A stretch of 64,000 nt of DNA from the human T2T-CHM13v2.0 reference genome, Homo sapiens. Location of the stretch: the NCBI RefSeq assembly GCF_009914755.1, contig NC_060938.1. The stretch is one strand, 5' to 3'. The notes under the pieces are model-generated. The model made no database searches, was not told where the DNA came from, and worked only from the letters and a program-made list of their open reading frames with translations. The position numbers and the translations under genes were made by a program. Position 1 is the first letter of the stretch. Each line of letters opens with the position of its first letter. Positions 27,493 to 42,579 of the stretch are shown here, piece by piece.

Positions 27493-27642
27493 ATCTCACG
27501 CCACCTGGGCAAGATGTATAGTGAGATGATCTTCGTCAATGGCTTCGTGCACTGCGATCCCCACCCCGGCAACGTACTGGTGCGGAAGCACCCCGGCACG
27601 GGAAAGGCGGAGATTGTCCTGTTGGACCATGGGCTTTACCAG
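27493..27642 (+). CDS. ADCK1: ADCK1 catalytic exon (50 codons, ISRHLGKMYSEMIFVNGFVHCDPHPGNVLVRKHPGTGKAEIVLLDHGLYQ)
   Basis: cttctctttcag| acceptor, CAG|gtagaa donor; 150 nt, phase 0-0. Catalytic loop HCDPHPGN and DHG (DFG-equivalent) motif; locally CpG-rich. Confidence 0.97.
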
Positions 27643-28799
27643 GTAGAAGAGGCCTTTGTTACCCAGCCCTGGGGCCTCTGGGGTTAGAGTCTGCTGACCA
27701 CTCTAATTAGCTGCAGAACCGGGAGGGAGATAGCGAGGGTAGCTGGAAAGGACCCTTCCCTCTCCCTTGGAGCTGTCATTTTGTGCAAGTCACTGTCACA
27801 GAGCTCTCAGAGCTTCAGCTGCCTCCTCATGAAGGTGAGGGTGACGGTACCCCCTTTACAGGCTATTGTGAAGAGTAGATGGAAATAGGCTTGTATGTTA
27901 GATTATACTTTCCCATGGAGCCCCAGGCCAGCAAGGATCCTCAGAAGTGAGCTGTCCTCTGCATGAGCTGGGACTTTACGGGGAAGGAGTAACTACATGT
28001 TTAGGCCTACTGAGGATATACTACCTAGTGGGAAAGGGGGCAGGCAGCCAGTGGGGGCTGGAGGGCCTCAGACTGTGTCCTCAGGATGCAGATCTGGTTC
28101 AAAGGAGCCAGGAGCTCCTACTTGGAAGATGGGAAGTTCACTGCCAATCTGGGCCCCAGGGGATTCTGCTCCTTCTCTCAGTGACCTGATCCCACATCCC
28201 AGAATCTTGGCCTCTTCTGAAAGGCTTAACGAAGTAGAATGCATTAGTTTAGGGTAGGCTAGCTGTTTTCACATGTGGCCCCAAAATGATGGCCCAGATA
28301 CAGCAGGAGCTTAATTGCTTGCTCACATGCCAGTCCTGGATGGGTGGAGGAGACTGCCAGGCTCTGCCTCCCAAGCCTCACCAGAGGTGATGGTGCTGGC
28401 ACCTGGCAGCAGGGTGAGGGCTTGGAGGAGCCTGCAGGGGAAAGTTTCTGTGGGCCAGGCCTGGAAGTGGAGCTTCTGCCACATTCCGTCAGTTGGGCTC
28501 ATGCTGAGGACCACATCTAACTTTGAGGGAGGCTGAGAAAGGAGGCTGTACCTGGGAAGAGGAGGAGAATGTAGACTTGGTTGGGCAGTTAATAGTCACT
28601 ACCACTCAGGGTCGAGGCTTGCCAAAGAGTCGCTTTGAACTTGAAGCTTCAGGGATGGCAGAGCTCTGGGGGAGAAACAGATGTCGTGGGAAGGCACAGT
28701 CCTCACCGTCGTCTTTTGCAATGGTTGGCATCAGCCAGGGACTTGGGCCTTTGGTGGGGAGACGAGGCTTAGGTCCCACCGCTGCCGCCTCCACCCTAG

Positions 28800-28997
28800 A
28801 TGCTCACGGAAGAATTCCGCCTGAATTACTGCCACCTCTGGCAGTCTCTGATCTGGACTGACATGAAGAGAGTGAAGGAGTACAGCCAGCGACTGGGAGC
28901 CGGGGATCTCTACCCCTTGTTTGCCTGCATGCTGACGGCGCGATCGTGGGACTCGGTCAACAGAGGCATCAGCCAAGCTCCCGTCACTGCCACTGAG
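28800..28997 (+). CDS. ADCK1: ADCK1 internal coding exon (66 codons, MLTEEFRLNY...QAPVTATE)
   Basis: ccctag| acceptor, GAG|gtaggg donor; 198 nt, phase 0-0. Continues in frame after DHGLYQ; YxxLWxSLI and LFACMLTARSW segments fit ADCK1. Confidence 0.95.
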
Positions 28998-29448
28998 GTA
29001 GGGGGCCCCTCCAGGCCCTGCCTCTTCCTAAATGCAGAAGGCAGGGCTAGAGGTGGCCTGTGGACCCCTTCCAAGTAAGGTCTAAGAGTCTAGACTGGTG
29101 GGCTGTGTGTTGGGGGAGGGGAAGAATTGGAGCTATATTGGACAAGAAGAGAAAGACAAGGAGAAATAATGCCCTGGATGGAAGGAGGGAAAGGGGGTGA
29201 TACCTCCCGAGCTCCCCTCCAAGTCTTATCAGTCTGGAGGAAACAGGGGCACATTAACCATAATAACTCAGACTTCTGTAGCTTTAGCTCTGACCTGCTC
29301 ACACTAGATTCCAGGCCTTCCCCAAGTTCTCCCACAAGACCTCTGGGAATCCTTAGGGACTATCTCTTAAATAAATCTGGCAGTACTTCTGCTGTGTCCT
29401 GCCTGGCACTGTCTCCCATCACATGGCTCCTCTAAGGCAACAAGCTGA

Positions 29449-29730
<282 letters not shown>

Positions 29731-30499
29731 AAAGCAGCTTTTTTGTGGTCATTATTTGTAGCTCATTTCTCTATTTCACCTAGACAAGAGTCTCATGGAG
29801 TCTGGGCTGGGAGACACATCGGGAGCACCTCCACCCAGTACTCAGACCCACCTCTGCTTGCACGACAGAAGCTTATGGGGGCGAGCTCATTCCTCCTGGC
29901 TCAGGGTGGGCTCCCTTCCAGGGGGCTTTTCCAGCCTCCAGAATTGGCTGCTGTCTTCACAGCCTATTAATTTGCCAGACCCACTTAGACTTGCCTGAAT
30001 CCACGTGGGGGATGGCCTTGGGCTCCAGCTGAGGCCCCTGCTCACCATCAGGGACAGGGTTCTGCCTGTGCAGTCAGAAAGCCCTGGGCTCCAGCGCCTC
30101 GTCTTCCTTACAGTGTGACCTTGGGTGGTCCTCATCACCTCTTTGAGCCTCAGGGTAAGCTGCTTACCCTGTAAGCTGCTTTGTGATAGGCAGCTTTGGG
30201 AATGGCTAGATCCAGATTCTCAAATGATGTCATCAAAGAGACCATCCGTCCCCATCTCTCGGCTCCGCTTTCCTCCAAGTTGACATCCTTCTCCAGCAAG
30301 CTTGGTGGCAAAGATGACGACCAACTCTCGGCTTCTACAGCCTTGAAGCCCGTCATCTCAAAGGAAGACAGACAATTTTCCTCTTTTGTAAAATAGGGAT
30401 AGGGATGATAAGGATAATTTCCACTTTATTGACAGTGCATGTAAAGTGCTTACCCATAGTTCCTGAAGTTCGTTCTTTTGACAAACATTTGTTTTTGTT

Positions 30500-31440
30500 G
30501 GGCTGTGGGTATGAGCTGAGGATCCCATGATGAACAGGCAGACAGGCCTTCTGTGTAATTTACACTTTGGTTGAGGGAGACAGACAGTAAACAAGTGAAC
30601 AAACAGGTGAATGGAATAACTGCAGGTTGTCAGTGCCCTGGACGAAACAAGTAGGGTGCTGTGAGTAAGGGGGCGGAGCAGCACTCAGAGAAGACCTGGC
30701 TTGAGGAGGTGACATTTCAGCTGAGGCCCAAAGGACAAGAAAGGCACCAGTTCCAGGAAGAACTTGAAGGACACATTCCAGGCACACTCAAGCCAAGGGG
30801 AAAGAAAGCGTTTGGTATGGCCCAGAGCGTGGTGAGGAGGACGGTGGGATGAGAAGACGGAGGAGCCGTGGGCAGGAAGATCATCACGCAGGGTCTTAAA
30901 AGCCACGGGAAGATGTTCCAACTAATTCTCAGCACAAAACAAAGCCCTTCGTAGGCTCTGAGCAGGAGAGGGAGATGCCCAGGCTTGCTCTTTTTAAGTA
31001 TCTCTCTCGAGTGGGGTGAGATGAGTGGTGGCGATCATTTAGGAGCCTAGGCCGGGACTCCAGGTTGAGAGATGACAGGGGCTCAGGCTGCACTGGTGGC
31101 AACAGAGATGGAGAGAGGCAGTGGAGCCAAGGTGTGTTTTGGAAGTAAGATTGAGTTTCTGTAGGGTTGGATGTGGAGAGAAGGGAAAGGGCAGGGCCAA
31201 GGCTGCATCATAGCTTTTTGGGATGAGTTTTATGGTGGGGGATGGTGCTACTTCCTGTTGTAGGGAAGACTGGGAAGGACATATTTGGGGTGGGGTAGTC
31301 AACGGTTCTCTTGTGAAGGTAGAGATGTCATGGGCAGCTAAGACTGGAGTTCACAGAAGAGGTCTAGACTTAAAATACAAATTTAAGAGTCTTCAGGGTA
31401 AGGTGATATTTAAAACCTCAGGCCTGGATGAGGTCACGTG
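30500..31440. mobile_element. L2 fragment
   Basis: Purine-rich L2 motifs (gaggaggtgacatttcagctgaggccca, gtggcaacagagatggagagag, ggcctggatgaggtcac). Confidence 0.65.
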
Positions 31441-31481
31441 GCATGTACTAGGTTCTCAGTATATTTGTTTTTATTAACTAA

Positions 31482-31794
<313 letters not shown>

Positions 31795-32705
31795 TGTTTT
31801 TGCATTCTTATTTATTGATAAAGACTCAGTTTAAATGCCAGTCCTTTGAAAAAGTCTTGTCTCTTCCAGAAAGCCTGTTCTTATCACCTTTGCCAAAAGT
31901 CACCCCTTAATACTTGTATTACTAACAAGGCAAGTACACCATGCCCCTTGTAGTTATTTGTCTGCACGCCTTAACTCTCCAACTATGTGGTGAGTACTTG
32001 GAAGGCAAAGACCCCGTCTTGTATATCTTTTTATAAGGTCCCTGCCATCCTGGGACTGGGTCTGGTAGAGGGGCATTTGTGAATGTTCTGGAGACACTTC
32101 CTCCATTTGCTCACTTTAGACAACCCAGATAGATCATAAAGTTAGCTACTCCAGGTCAGCCTGGTCTCAGGGATCCACAGGCTCAGTCTTTCTGAGCCCT
32201 GCTCTCATTGAGGATTAGGGGAACCTCCAACATTGTATGAAGGAGAATGTTTTCCCCAACTAACCGTGGCTTAAACATAAGGAATTTGTTCTCTCTCCTA
32301 CAAGAAGCCTGGAGATGGGTGGGTTAGCTCAGTGGATCAACAAATTCAGGTCCCTGGGCTAACTTGTGATTCTCTGGGCTTTCCACCACAATTTCAAGAT
32401 GACTGTGTGGTTCCAAGCTTTACATCTTCATTCAGTGTGGCTAGAGGCAGGAATAAGGCGCTATGTCTCCTTATATCATTTAAGAGCAAGAAAACCTTTT
32501 TTAGAAGTGCCGGCCTCCCTCCAACAGCTTCCTCTTGCCTCATTGGCTGACGCAGGTCACGTGTCCATGCCTAAACCAGTCATGTGGCAAGGGGCTGAGA
32601 GCTCAGAGCTAGCCCTGGCTGAACTCAATCCAGATTCCCTGCTGGGGCCAGGGAGGGGCTGCACCTCCCTATGGAGCATGACCCCAAGGGATCAAGTGAA
32701 CAAAA

Positions 32706-32987
<282 letters not shown>

Positions 32988-33619
32988 GGGTTCTTTTAAT
33001 AAAGGAGATTGGGGTGAAGACTTAGGTAGATACCCAACAGGGTCTACTGCAGACACCCACCATCAGGATGTGTCTTAGCTGGAGACTGCTGCTCTGAGAG
33101 CTGTCCCCCGGTAGTAGCCTGGGTGACTGAAGTTGCTGAGAGGCTGTTGCCAGGCCAGTCCGACCGTGCTGAGAGGGGGGTCCCTGTGGTGAGCAGGGGA
33201 CTTGTAGCTGTGGCCATAGGTGCCTCTTAAGGTCTGGCTTTGTGTTGAGATGTTCCAGTCTGATAGTTCCTGCCTGAGAGGCAGTTCAAGACATTTCAAG
33301 TTTTGCAGTGACTCTGTTCTCAGCAGCGCACACGTGCTTCTGAAAGGACTGAGAGCCCTGCTGCTTCGGAGAGGAGTGGGGTGGTAAAGACTTTCAGCAG
33401 CACCCCGGGTCTCCTCATTATGACTTGGCACTGATTGCTTCCTCAGACCTTATCTCTGGTGACCTTCCCAGTGCTGCTGGGAGGCGGGCACAGAGGGTAT
33501 TGGCATTCCCAATTTTTGGGTGAGGACACTAAGTTGAAAGAGATTAGAGGACTTACCCAGAGTCGTGGAGTCCTGTGGTGAGGTGAGGAGGTGTGGTATT
33601 GCCAGATGGTGAGGGCACA

Positions 33620-33830
33620 GGCTCGGGAGCTGGACTGCCTGGGTTCACGTCCCATCTCACCACTTACTAGCACTTAACTTCTCAATGCCTGTGTTTCCTC
33701 ATCTTAAATGGGGATAATACACCGATAGGGTTGTTGTGAGGATTAAATCAATTAATACGTGCCAACATTGTCAAAGTGCCTGGCTTCTTTAGTAAATGCT
33801 CAATATATGGTGCTTATCGTCACCATCATC
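33620..33830 (+). mobile_element. MIR (one of more than 20 MIR fragments in the window)
   Basis: gactgcctgggttca ... gcctgtgtttcctcatc ... gggttgttgtgaggattaaat core. Confidence 0.8.
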
Positions 33831-34552
33831 ATCATATCTATGGAGACTGAAAAGGGGTCAGAACCACACTTATATTTAGGATTTCGCTGGGGGCATTTAT
33901 CTGCTTAGAGCTGTGAAGAGTGTAGGGACAGGGATCGTGGGGAGGCCAGACCCCAAACTTAAAGACCAGGTAGGTCAAGGGCTGTGGCGATGACCAGCAT
34001 GAAGGGCTAATCCTGGATCCTAGGCCAGGGCATCAGACCTTGGGCCACAGGTGGGATGAGACTGGCTCTCATGCGAGGACAGTGGTAAGCAATGGAGCGT
34101 GAGCAGCAGCATGGTCTGGCAGGGTGCAGGCTATGGGGCAGGACTTTGGAGTTGGGTTGAAGTCAGGTCAGCCTGAGCTAGGCTTGGAGGGGTAGGAGAC
34201 CAGACTCAGCTGGTACTGGCTTCTGGGGGTCCTTCCAGACCTGATCTAAAATTGCGGCCAGTGAAAAAGCCATGGAGAATAACCTGGTCTCTCGCAATGT
34301 ATACTGTGTCACATCCAATGCTTTCCTAGAAGTTTGGCTGAGATATCCCCTTCCGGGTTTGTCAGGCTATACAGTGCCTTGTGCTAGACTTCTCTATGGG
34401 GAGTGCTCCTAGCAGTGCCAAGACAGCGGTGCCTGAAGCTCCCTCCTGGGGCTTCTTTGCAGCCCTCTGGTCACAGCCTGCCAGACCCCTGCCACCCCTG
34501 GCCCCACTGCCCATACCAACCATCTGTTTCTGTTGCCCCATTGCTGCTTCAG

Positions 34553-34746
34553 GACTTAGAGATTCGCAACAACGCGGCCAACTACCTCCCCCAGATCAGC
34601 CATCTCCTCAACCACGTGCCGCGCCAGATGCTGCTCATCTTGAAGACCAACGACCTGCTGCGTGGCATTGAGGCCGCCCTGGGCACCCGCGCCAGCGCCA
34701 GCTCCTTTCTCAACATGTCACGTTGCTGCATCAGAGCGCTAGCTGA
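34553..34746 (+). CDS. ADCK1: ADCK1 penultimate coding exon (DLEIRNNAANYLPQ...CCIRALAE)
   Basis: cttcag| acceptor, GA|gtgagt donor; 194 nt, phase 0-2. LLILKTNDLLRGIE motif; CpG-rich. Confidence 0.95.
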
Positions 34747-35027
34747 GTGAGTGTGGGCTCCTCCCTCTCCTCCCCTCCTAGCCCCCTGGCCTGCCCCAGG
34801 GGTCCTGCTTTTGCTGCCACCTTTCCCCACCAGTCTACAGGGCCCTGCCTGAGCTTCCCAATCTCCAGATATCCCTGCAGGCAAAGTTAAAGTTTGAAAT
34901 GTTTTCTGAGAGTCTCAGCCCCATCTAAGTATCCCAAGTTTGAAGTCAGGAAGCCGTGATGTGTATCTCTCCACTAATTGGTCCTGGGACTTGTCAGCCA
35001 GGCCAGTGCTCTTTGTCCTATAGATGA

Positions 35028-35453
<426 letters not shown>

Positions 35454-36254
35454 TAGTTCCAGAGGAAAGAGGGTTTCAGGCTGTATTACTGAGTGTGACA
35501 AATACGTCGGAAGGGCCCCGCTCTGGATGATTGTTCTCACTCAAGAGAGAAAGCCTAGGTAATGCTCAATTTCCAGCCCTTCCATGCTGGGAATGGACCA
35601 TTCTGGGAACCTATCTGGTGAAAGGAGATTTGACCACGTATATCACGTACCCACTATCAAATATTAAATTAGTTTACAGCATAATATACTGCATACTGAA
35701 AGGGCCAACTTTGATTTATTCTTCCTCTGAGGGTTCAGGAAATGAAGTCTTGAATAGGTCATCATCATAAACACCAGTTTTCATCATGTCCTTTTGTTGG
35801 TGCAGAAGGGATTGAGCTGGGCTGAATTCATAATGGCCTCAGCCTCCCAGGACCACCTGACCAGGTTTCCAAGTGATTCTTATCCTTAGAAAGTTTGGAA
35901 AGGCTTTGACTATTTTTGAGTTTGGGAGATTCTTGGTTGGCATAGATTTACTATGCTTTTGGAGAAAGAAACATTGGAATGTTCTACCCAATGGGTTTAT
36001 TAGACCATTGATGCCCTGTGAAACAACTGCTTTTGTTTATTCCACTTATTTGAAAAACTCCTTTGAAATATTTGATTTCCTCTGGCTCCCGATTGGGTAG
36101 TGGTATAGTATGATCCTGTATCCAAGAGTAGTCCCTAGGGGCAGGGAGCTGGTGAGTTGGCCAAAGCCACCATCTTTAGTTTTTCTAAATGATACAGAGC
36201 TAGTGTTTCTTGCCTCTTTATCTCTTTTCTCCTTTTTTCTTTCCCTTTTTCCAG

Positions 36255-36426
36255 GCACAAGAAGAAGAATACCTGTTCATTCTTCAGAAGGACCCAGATC
36301 TCTTTCAGCGAGGCCTTCAACTTATGGCAGATCAACCTCCATGAGCTCATCCTGCGTGTGAAGGGGTTGAAGCTGGCTGACCGGGTCTTGGCCCTAATAT
36401 GCTGGCTGTTCCCTGCTCCACTCTGA
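36255..36426 (+). CDS. ADCK1: ADCK1 terminal coding exon ((E)HKKKNTCSFFRRTQISFSEAFNLWQINLHELILRVKGLKLADRVLALICWLFPAPL*)
   Basis: Long pyrimidine tract and ttccag| acceptor. The first G completes the split GAG codon, followed by 56 codons and TGA at 36424-36426. Absent from the ORF track (<60 aa). Confidence 0.93.
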
Positions 36427-36990
36427 GTGGAATTGCTCACCCTGCCCCATTCTGGTGTCTTTCCACTCCTCAGCCCCTCATCTTGCCTCCACCCAGCTGC
36501 TCCATTTTTGCCACATCGTGGCCCGCAGCCCCAGAGTCACTGTCCATGTCACCATCCTTCTCCTCCTTTGGAATCCTCTCCGCACACTGTGGCCCTTGTC
36601 TCAGGGCCCACAAGCTGAACTGTGGCATAGCTCTCTCTTCTTCTCCAAGAAGACTCAGCAGCCTACATTCCCATTCCTGGTATGTGCCATTGGGTTGGAT
36701 GTCCCCACTACTTCCGTTAACCCTTCCCATTGTCAAGATGTGCCACGGGTGCCACTGGGGGCACACTGAACTTGTAGGGAGTGTGATTTTGTTGGAGGTG
36801 CACATGGTCTCTGAATTTGACAGAGAACACCTTCCCTTTCCTTGCCATGTCACCCTCCAGAGGAAGTCACACCTCAGCGAGGTGGTTTGGCATCTGGGGC
36901 CAACTCCATTACAGCTATGAGCTCACTGCTGTCAGTGACGTTTGGTGTTTTCTGTACTGTGTTTCAATAAAAACTCCTTCAAGGTTGCAG
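36427..36990 (+). other. ADCK1: ADCK1 3' UTR (end approximate)
   Basis: Unique sequence between the stop codon and the first downstream AATAAA; cleavage inferred about 15-25 nt after the hexamer. Confidence 0.8.
36966..36971 (+). promoter_or_regulatory. Polyadenylation signal AATAAA of ADCK1
   Basis: Canonical hexamer preceded by a U-rich/UGUA upstream element (ttttctgtactgt). Confidence 0.85.
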
Positions 36991-38654
36991 GATTTGTCCA
37001 TCATAACTCACTGGCCTCCCACCTGACCCCAGGCACGTGCCCTTCCAGAATGTGCTCATGGTCCTCGCCAAGGGCTTATGGTTCCTCTTGGTTGCTGCTT
37101 CCTCAGGGTTTCCCAGGGAGATCTAGGGAACAGAAGGCCAGGGGCTGTTTGGTGGGATTTTCCTTATAGGTTGGGAGTTCACCTACAATGCCCATTAGGT
37201 CAGAGTGGACCTGAATCGAGTATTGGTGTGATCTTCTGCTTGGCTTCTTGCTCCTGTAATCCTTCCAACCTGTGGGGCCACTTCCACTATGGGGCCACTT
37301 CCTGCTTCTTGGGGGTTTCTCTTACCTTCCAAGACTCAGACTCTGGTTGGAGGAGTTAAGAAGCCCAAGGCCAGGAACTCAGAGGCTCAGCTGAAACCTT
37401 GGACCTTGTTTTTCTGTGACCTGGGTACCAACCTTGTTCTACTGTTTCCTGACTTATCCCTTTGGTTCTCATTCAGTGGCCCCAGTTTTAGGCCTGGAAT
37501 TCTACTTGTCTCCCCCCAGTCCTTCTGGAGACCTTAGTCCTCTTGCTGAAACCTCCGTCACTGTGGCTGGGTTTTCACTGGGAAACTTCTGTGTTTCTAC
37601 CCCATTGCTTGCTGCCAGCACTGCCTCTCCCCCCAGCCTGGTTGTCTGCTTCTGTTTCTTGGACATCCCTAAGCTCCTGCTCTAATTCCCATGTCTTTGT
37701 CTTTGGCAGGTCCTACTGTCTGCTTTCACGGACAGTAATTGTATTTGAGCCTCTCTGATCTTACTTCACCCAATTCACAAGGGCAGAAAAAATCCTGAAT
37801 TTGAGCCTAATTTTCTGTACTCTTTATTCATAGTACAGCAAGCAGATTTTTCAGTGATCAGTGACAATTCACAATCCTTTTATTTCCCAAAAGAATTAAT
37901 TGTTCTTAGTGACCAGTTGGATGCACCCAGGGACCTGAGAGTATAATTTGCAATATCTGATTATTAATCTTGAGGATGTGTGCTGCATAGTATATTTTAT
38001 GGTGTCTTTTATAGCCACTGAAGTAAATATAAATGTCCTTTCTGTTCAAGGTCATGGTTACTTGCTTTTTAGTTTGGGTATGTGTAATGGTTGGCTTCGT
38101 GCTGTCCTGGGATCTAAAACATCAGCATGGTGCCAGTGGGCCCAGCACCCAGAACAGTTAGCTGGGGTGAGCAGAGAGGCAAGAAGAGTTGGGAGTATGG
38201 GACTGTGTGAAGATAGCAAGGGAGGAGGTAGATGTTTACTGAGTGCCTTCCATATGTGAGAGTCTGTGTTAGGCTCTGCAAATATGTTACATCATTGAGT
38301 TTTCCCATCCCCTCTGTGATGGAGGGGTTATTAGCCTCATCTTACTGAGGTGGGAACCAACGCTCAGAGAGGTTTAGTAATTTGCTTGTGGTCACACAGC
38401 TGCTGAGTAGTGGCCTGTGGTTTTTAGTTTTTTTCTTTTAAGTTATACAGTGCTGTAGAGATGGAATACATTTGCTCCTTGGGCTGTCTTATATGCCTGA
38501 GTTTGGGTCTCAAATGTCCTGAATTCAGAGGAAATTGGATTTACAGGAGTAGGGTAAGGGGAGGAAGTAGATGGGTAAAGAAGGCAAAAGCCCTGGAAGA
38601 TGCAGACCACCACCAGATGTTACCCAGGGCCTCAGACAGGATGGACCTGGACCA

Positions 38655-39320
38655 CTACATTTCTGCAGTGCAGTTCTGACACTAACCAGCTGCAGTTAGT
38701 GCAAACTCTGCAGTCTTGAGGACACAGTTCCCCACCAGACTGCCCTCACTTCAGCCACAAGCTTCAGGTGTGGGGGGCCCCAGACCACCTGTACCTCTGA
38801 CCAACTACAAATTTGGGGATTCCCATAGCCCCTTCGTGTTTGATAGTTTGCTAGAATGATCCACAGAACTCAGGAAAGCACTCTACTTGTAATTACACTT
38901 TTAATATAAAGGATACAACTCAGGACCAGCCACATGAGCCACACAGGGGAGATCTGGGAGGGTCTTGAGTGCAGAGCTTCCGTGTCCTCTCCCCATGGGA
39001 TTAAGGGGCATCACCTTCTTGGCACATCAATGTGTTCACCAAGCTTCAGTGTTCAGAGTTTTTATTGGGGTCCCATTACACAGGCATGATTGATTGACTC
39101 ATGGGCCACATTAAAGGAACTCAATCTCCAGTTTCTTTCCCCTCTCTAGAGGAGGCTGGGGTGATCTTGCCCCCATTCAAAGTCATCTAGTTAGTATAAA
39201 CTTAGGTGTGCCACAAGGGGCACACCATGAATAACAGACATTCCTATCCGTTGGGAGTTTCCAGGGATTTAGAGGAAACAGCACAAAGACCAGGCAAATT
39301 CTTTATTATTTGACAACCAC
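38655..39320. mobile_element. MER21-like LTR
   Basis: ttctgacactaacc, gactgccctcacttcag, tttgctagaatga..cacagaactcaggaaa and tataaaggatacaactcagga motifs. Confidence 0.7.
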
Positions 39321-39856
39321 TGTGATGTGTCCTTGACTTATCCTGGGGCTGTGGTAAGCTTTTATTGACTGGCTGCTGTCCTGGGCCTTCTACTTGGCTT
39401 GGGAGGAGTCATCTCTGGAGTTCAAATCCATAGGAGAACCCTCTCTCCCGGATCTTGTTTTGCAGTTCAGAAACACTCGGGTGAACTTTGCACTGATCCC
39501 TTCTCTCTCCTGTGGAATTTGCCATGAGGGCTGGCCATTGATTTGGGTTTGGTGCTTTTCAACAAAATTCTGCAACTTCCCCCACCCCCTAGCAGTGATA
39601 ATGTCTCTCTGCAAGGCATCGCCAGTTTTGATGAATGTTTTCTCTTAACAGGTGGATACTTCTTATTTAATCTAGTTGTTGGCCTCTTTGATTTAGGCAA
39701 CACAGCTATTATTCCTCCTCCCTCTTCTTAGGTGGAGGGAAGAGGAATTCTGACCCTGGCCCATTTGGTCCAGAGCCTCTCAGATATGTAAGTGTAGATG
39801 TCCTGGCTTATGATACAGTGCTCATAAGCATGCAAGTATTTAGAATTGTACCATTT

Positions 39857-40292
<436 letters not shown>

Positions 40293-40737
40293 TCATCTGT
40301 CATGAGGTGCTGCTTGGTCATCAGGTTAACTTCTGCAGCATTCCTAGCCTACTCTCAAGATCAGAGATGGTCTGTTTCAGCATTACAGGATGCCCAGGGC
40401 CCTGCTGCCACAGCTGCAGGGCTCTAAAACTGCGAGCATCTAATATTATCTCAGAAAACATAGTGGCTCCAAGAGGCACCCCAGCAAATCCTGGGCAATG
40501 GAATTTGTTGGGAGGTTTGGAGTAGCCCTCAGTTTAGGCAAATGTGTGTCTTAAGTGGAGTCACACAGAGTGGCACTTGGACTTAAGTGGTTAGGAAGAG
40601 TGTAGCCACGAGGAGCTAGGATCCAAGCTGGGAGCTGGTGATCACGTATGATCTCAACAGGATGAAAGAACCACAGAGGGTGGTGTCTTCCTGGCAGCCT
40701 GCCCCAGTGGAGCAGTGCTATTTCTTGGGCTAGATCA

Positions 40738-41253
<516 letters not shown>

Positions 41254-41799
41254 TCAAAAAGCCTCTGCCCTTCTTCCTGTTTTTCCTTTTTGTCCCCTTC
41301 CTCCTTGCTTCCTTCTCCCTGTCTCTCCCACTCTTTCCTTCCTGGGAAGCAAAGTCTATTATAGGGCTGCACAGGCTGACTTGGTTTTCACTCCTTTACT
41401 GAAGGAAGGACAGGATCAGCCCTCGGAAGGGTAAATGTTAAACCCCGGACTCTACCTGCCGTGTCCTTTTCCTTGCAGTCAGTACCTCCTGGCCTGGTTT
41501 GCTTGGTTTCTGCAGAAGCTACCTCAGCCCTGCCATCAGCTAGGTAGGACACCCTCCCAGCCAGGTCACTGTGCTCCTGGCCAGCACTGCTGGGGGCAGT
41601 GAAGGCTTTTTCTGCCCATTTCTGCTTTTGGCTTGATTATTGCAGAGTTCCTCTGATGTTTGCTCCTATTTTTCACTTTCCTGTGTGCGAGAAGAAAGGA
41701 TAGACTCTTAAGACTGGTGAAATGATGGATATTAAGCCTCCCTGACCCCTACCATTTCAGCTCCTATTTTCTCATTCCCTCTCCCTGCACGTTCATTCT

Positions 41800-42256
41800 A
41801 GAGCAATCCCTCTCAGATTTTCATGCATAAATGCATAACTTGGGATCTTGTTAAAATGCAGGTTCTGACTCAGTGAGTCTGGGATGAGGTCTGAGGTTTT
41901 TGCATGTCTAACCAGCTCCCAGGTGATGCTGATGCTGCTGGTCCATACTTTGAGTTGCAAGGATCTAGGTCAGTGGTTCTGAACATGTGTTCCCAGGACC
42001 AGCAGCACACTCATCACCTGGGAACTTGTTGAAACATGCAGATTCTCAGGCCTCACTCCAGACTCACTGAATCAGAAACTCTGGGGGAGACCCACCCATC
42101 TGTTTTAATAAGCCTTCCTGGGGATTCTGATGCTCACACTTGGATTCAAAATCACTGATCTATGGTTCTCAACCCTCCCTGCCCAGAGCAACCACCTGGA
42201 AAGCTTCAAATGCTCACAATTCTGATTTAATTGGTTTGATTTGGGGCCAGGCATCT
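41800..42256. mobile_element. Cluster of three MER5-family hAT elements
   Basis: Repeated MER5 motifs (atgcagattct/atgcaggttct, ctcccaggtgatgctgatgctgctggtcc, cagtggttct) separated by tcta-containing junctions. Confidence 0.7.
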
Positions 42257-42546
42257 TTCTGAGACAGGGCCTCACTCTTGTCACCCAGGCTGGAGTGCAG
42301 TGGTGCGATCACAGCTCACTGTAGCCTTGACCTCCTGAGCTCAGGTGATCTTCCCACCTTAGCCTTCCAGGTACCTTGGACTACAGGCATGTGCCACCAT
42401 GCCTGGATTTTTTTTTTGCATTTTTTTTTAGAGATGGGGTCTCGCTATGTTGCCCAGGCTGGTCTTGAACTCCTGGGTTCAAGTGATCTGCCCGCCTCGG
42501 CCTCCCAAAGTGCTAGGATTACAGGTCTGAGCGGCTGCACCTGGCC
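42257..42546 (-). mobile_element. Alu (AluJ)
   Basis: TSD GGGGCCAGGCAT at 42243-42254 and 42548-42559. Confidence 0.92.
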
Positions 42547-42579
42547 AGGGGCCAGGCATTTTTTTATAATTGTGTTTTG

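Noticed and set aside
36399-36920. 173-aa ORF overlapping the ADCK1 stop and spanning the 3' UTR
   Set aside because: Low-complexity Ser/Pro/Leu composition of a C/T-rich UTR; skipping the penultimate exon enters this frame but stops before reaching it.
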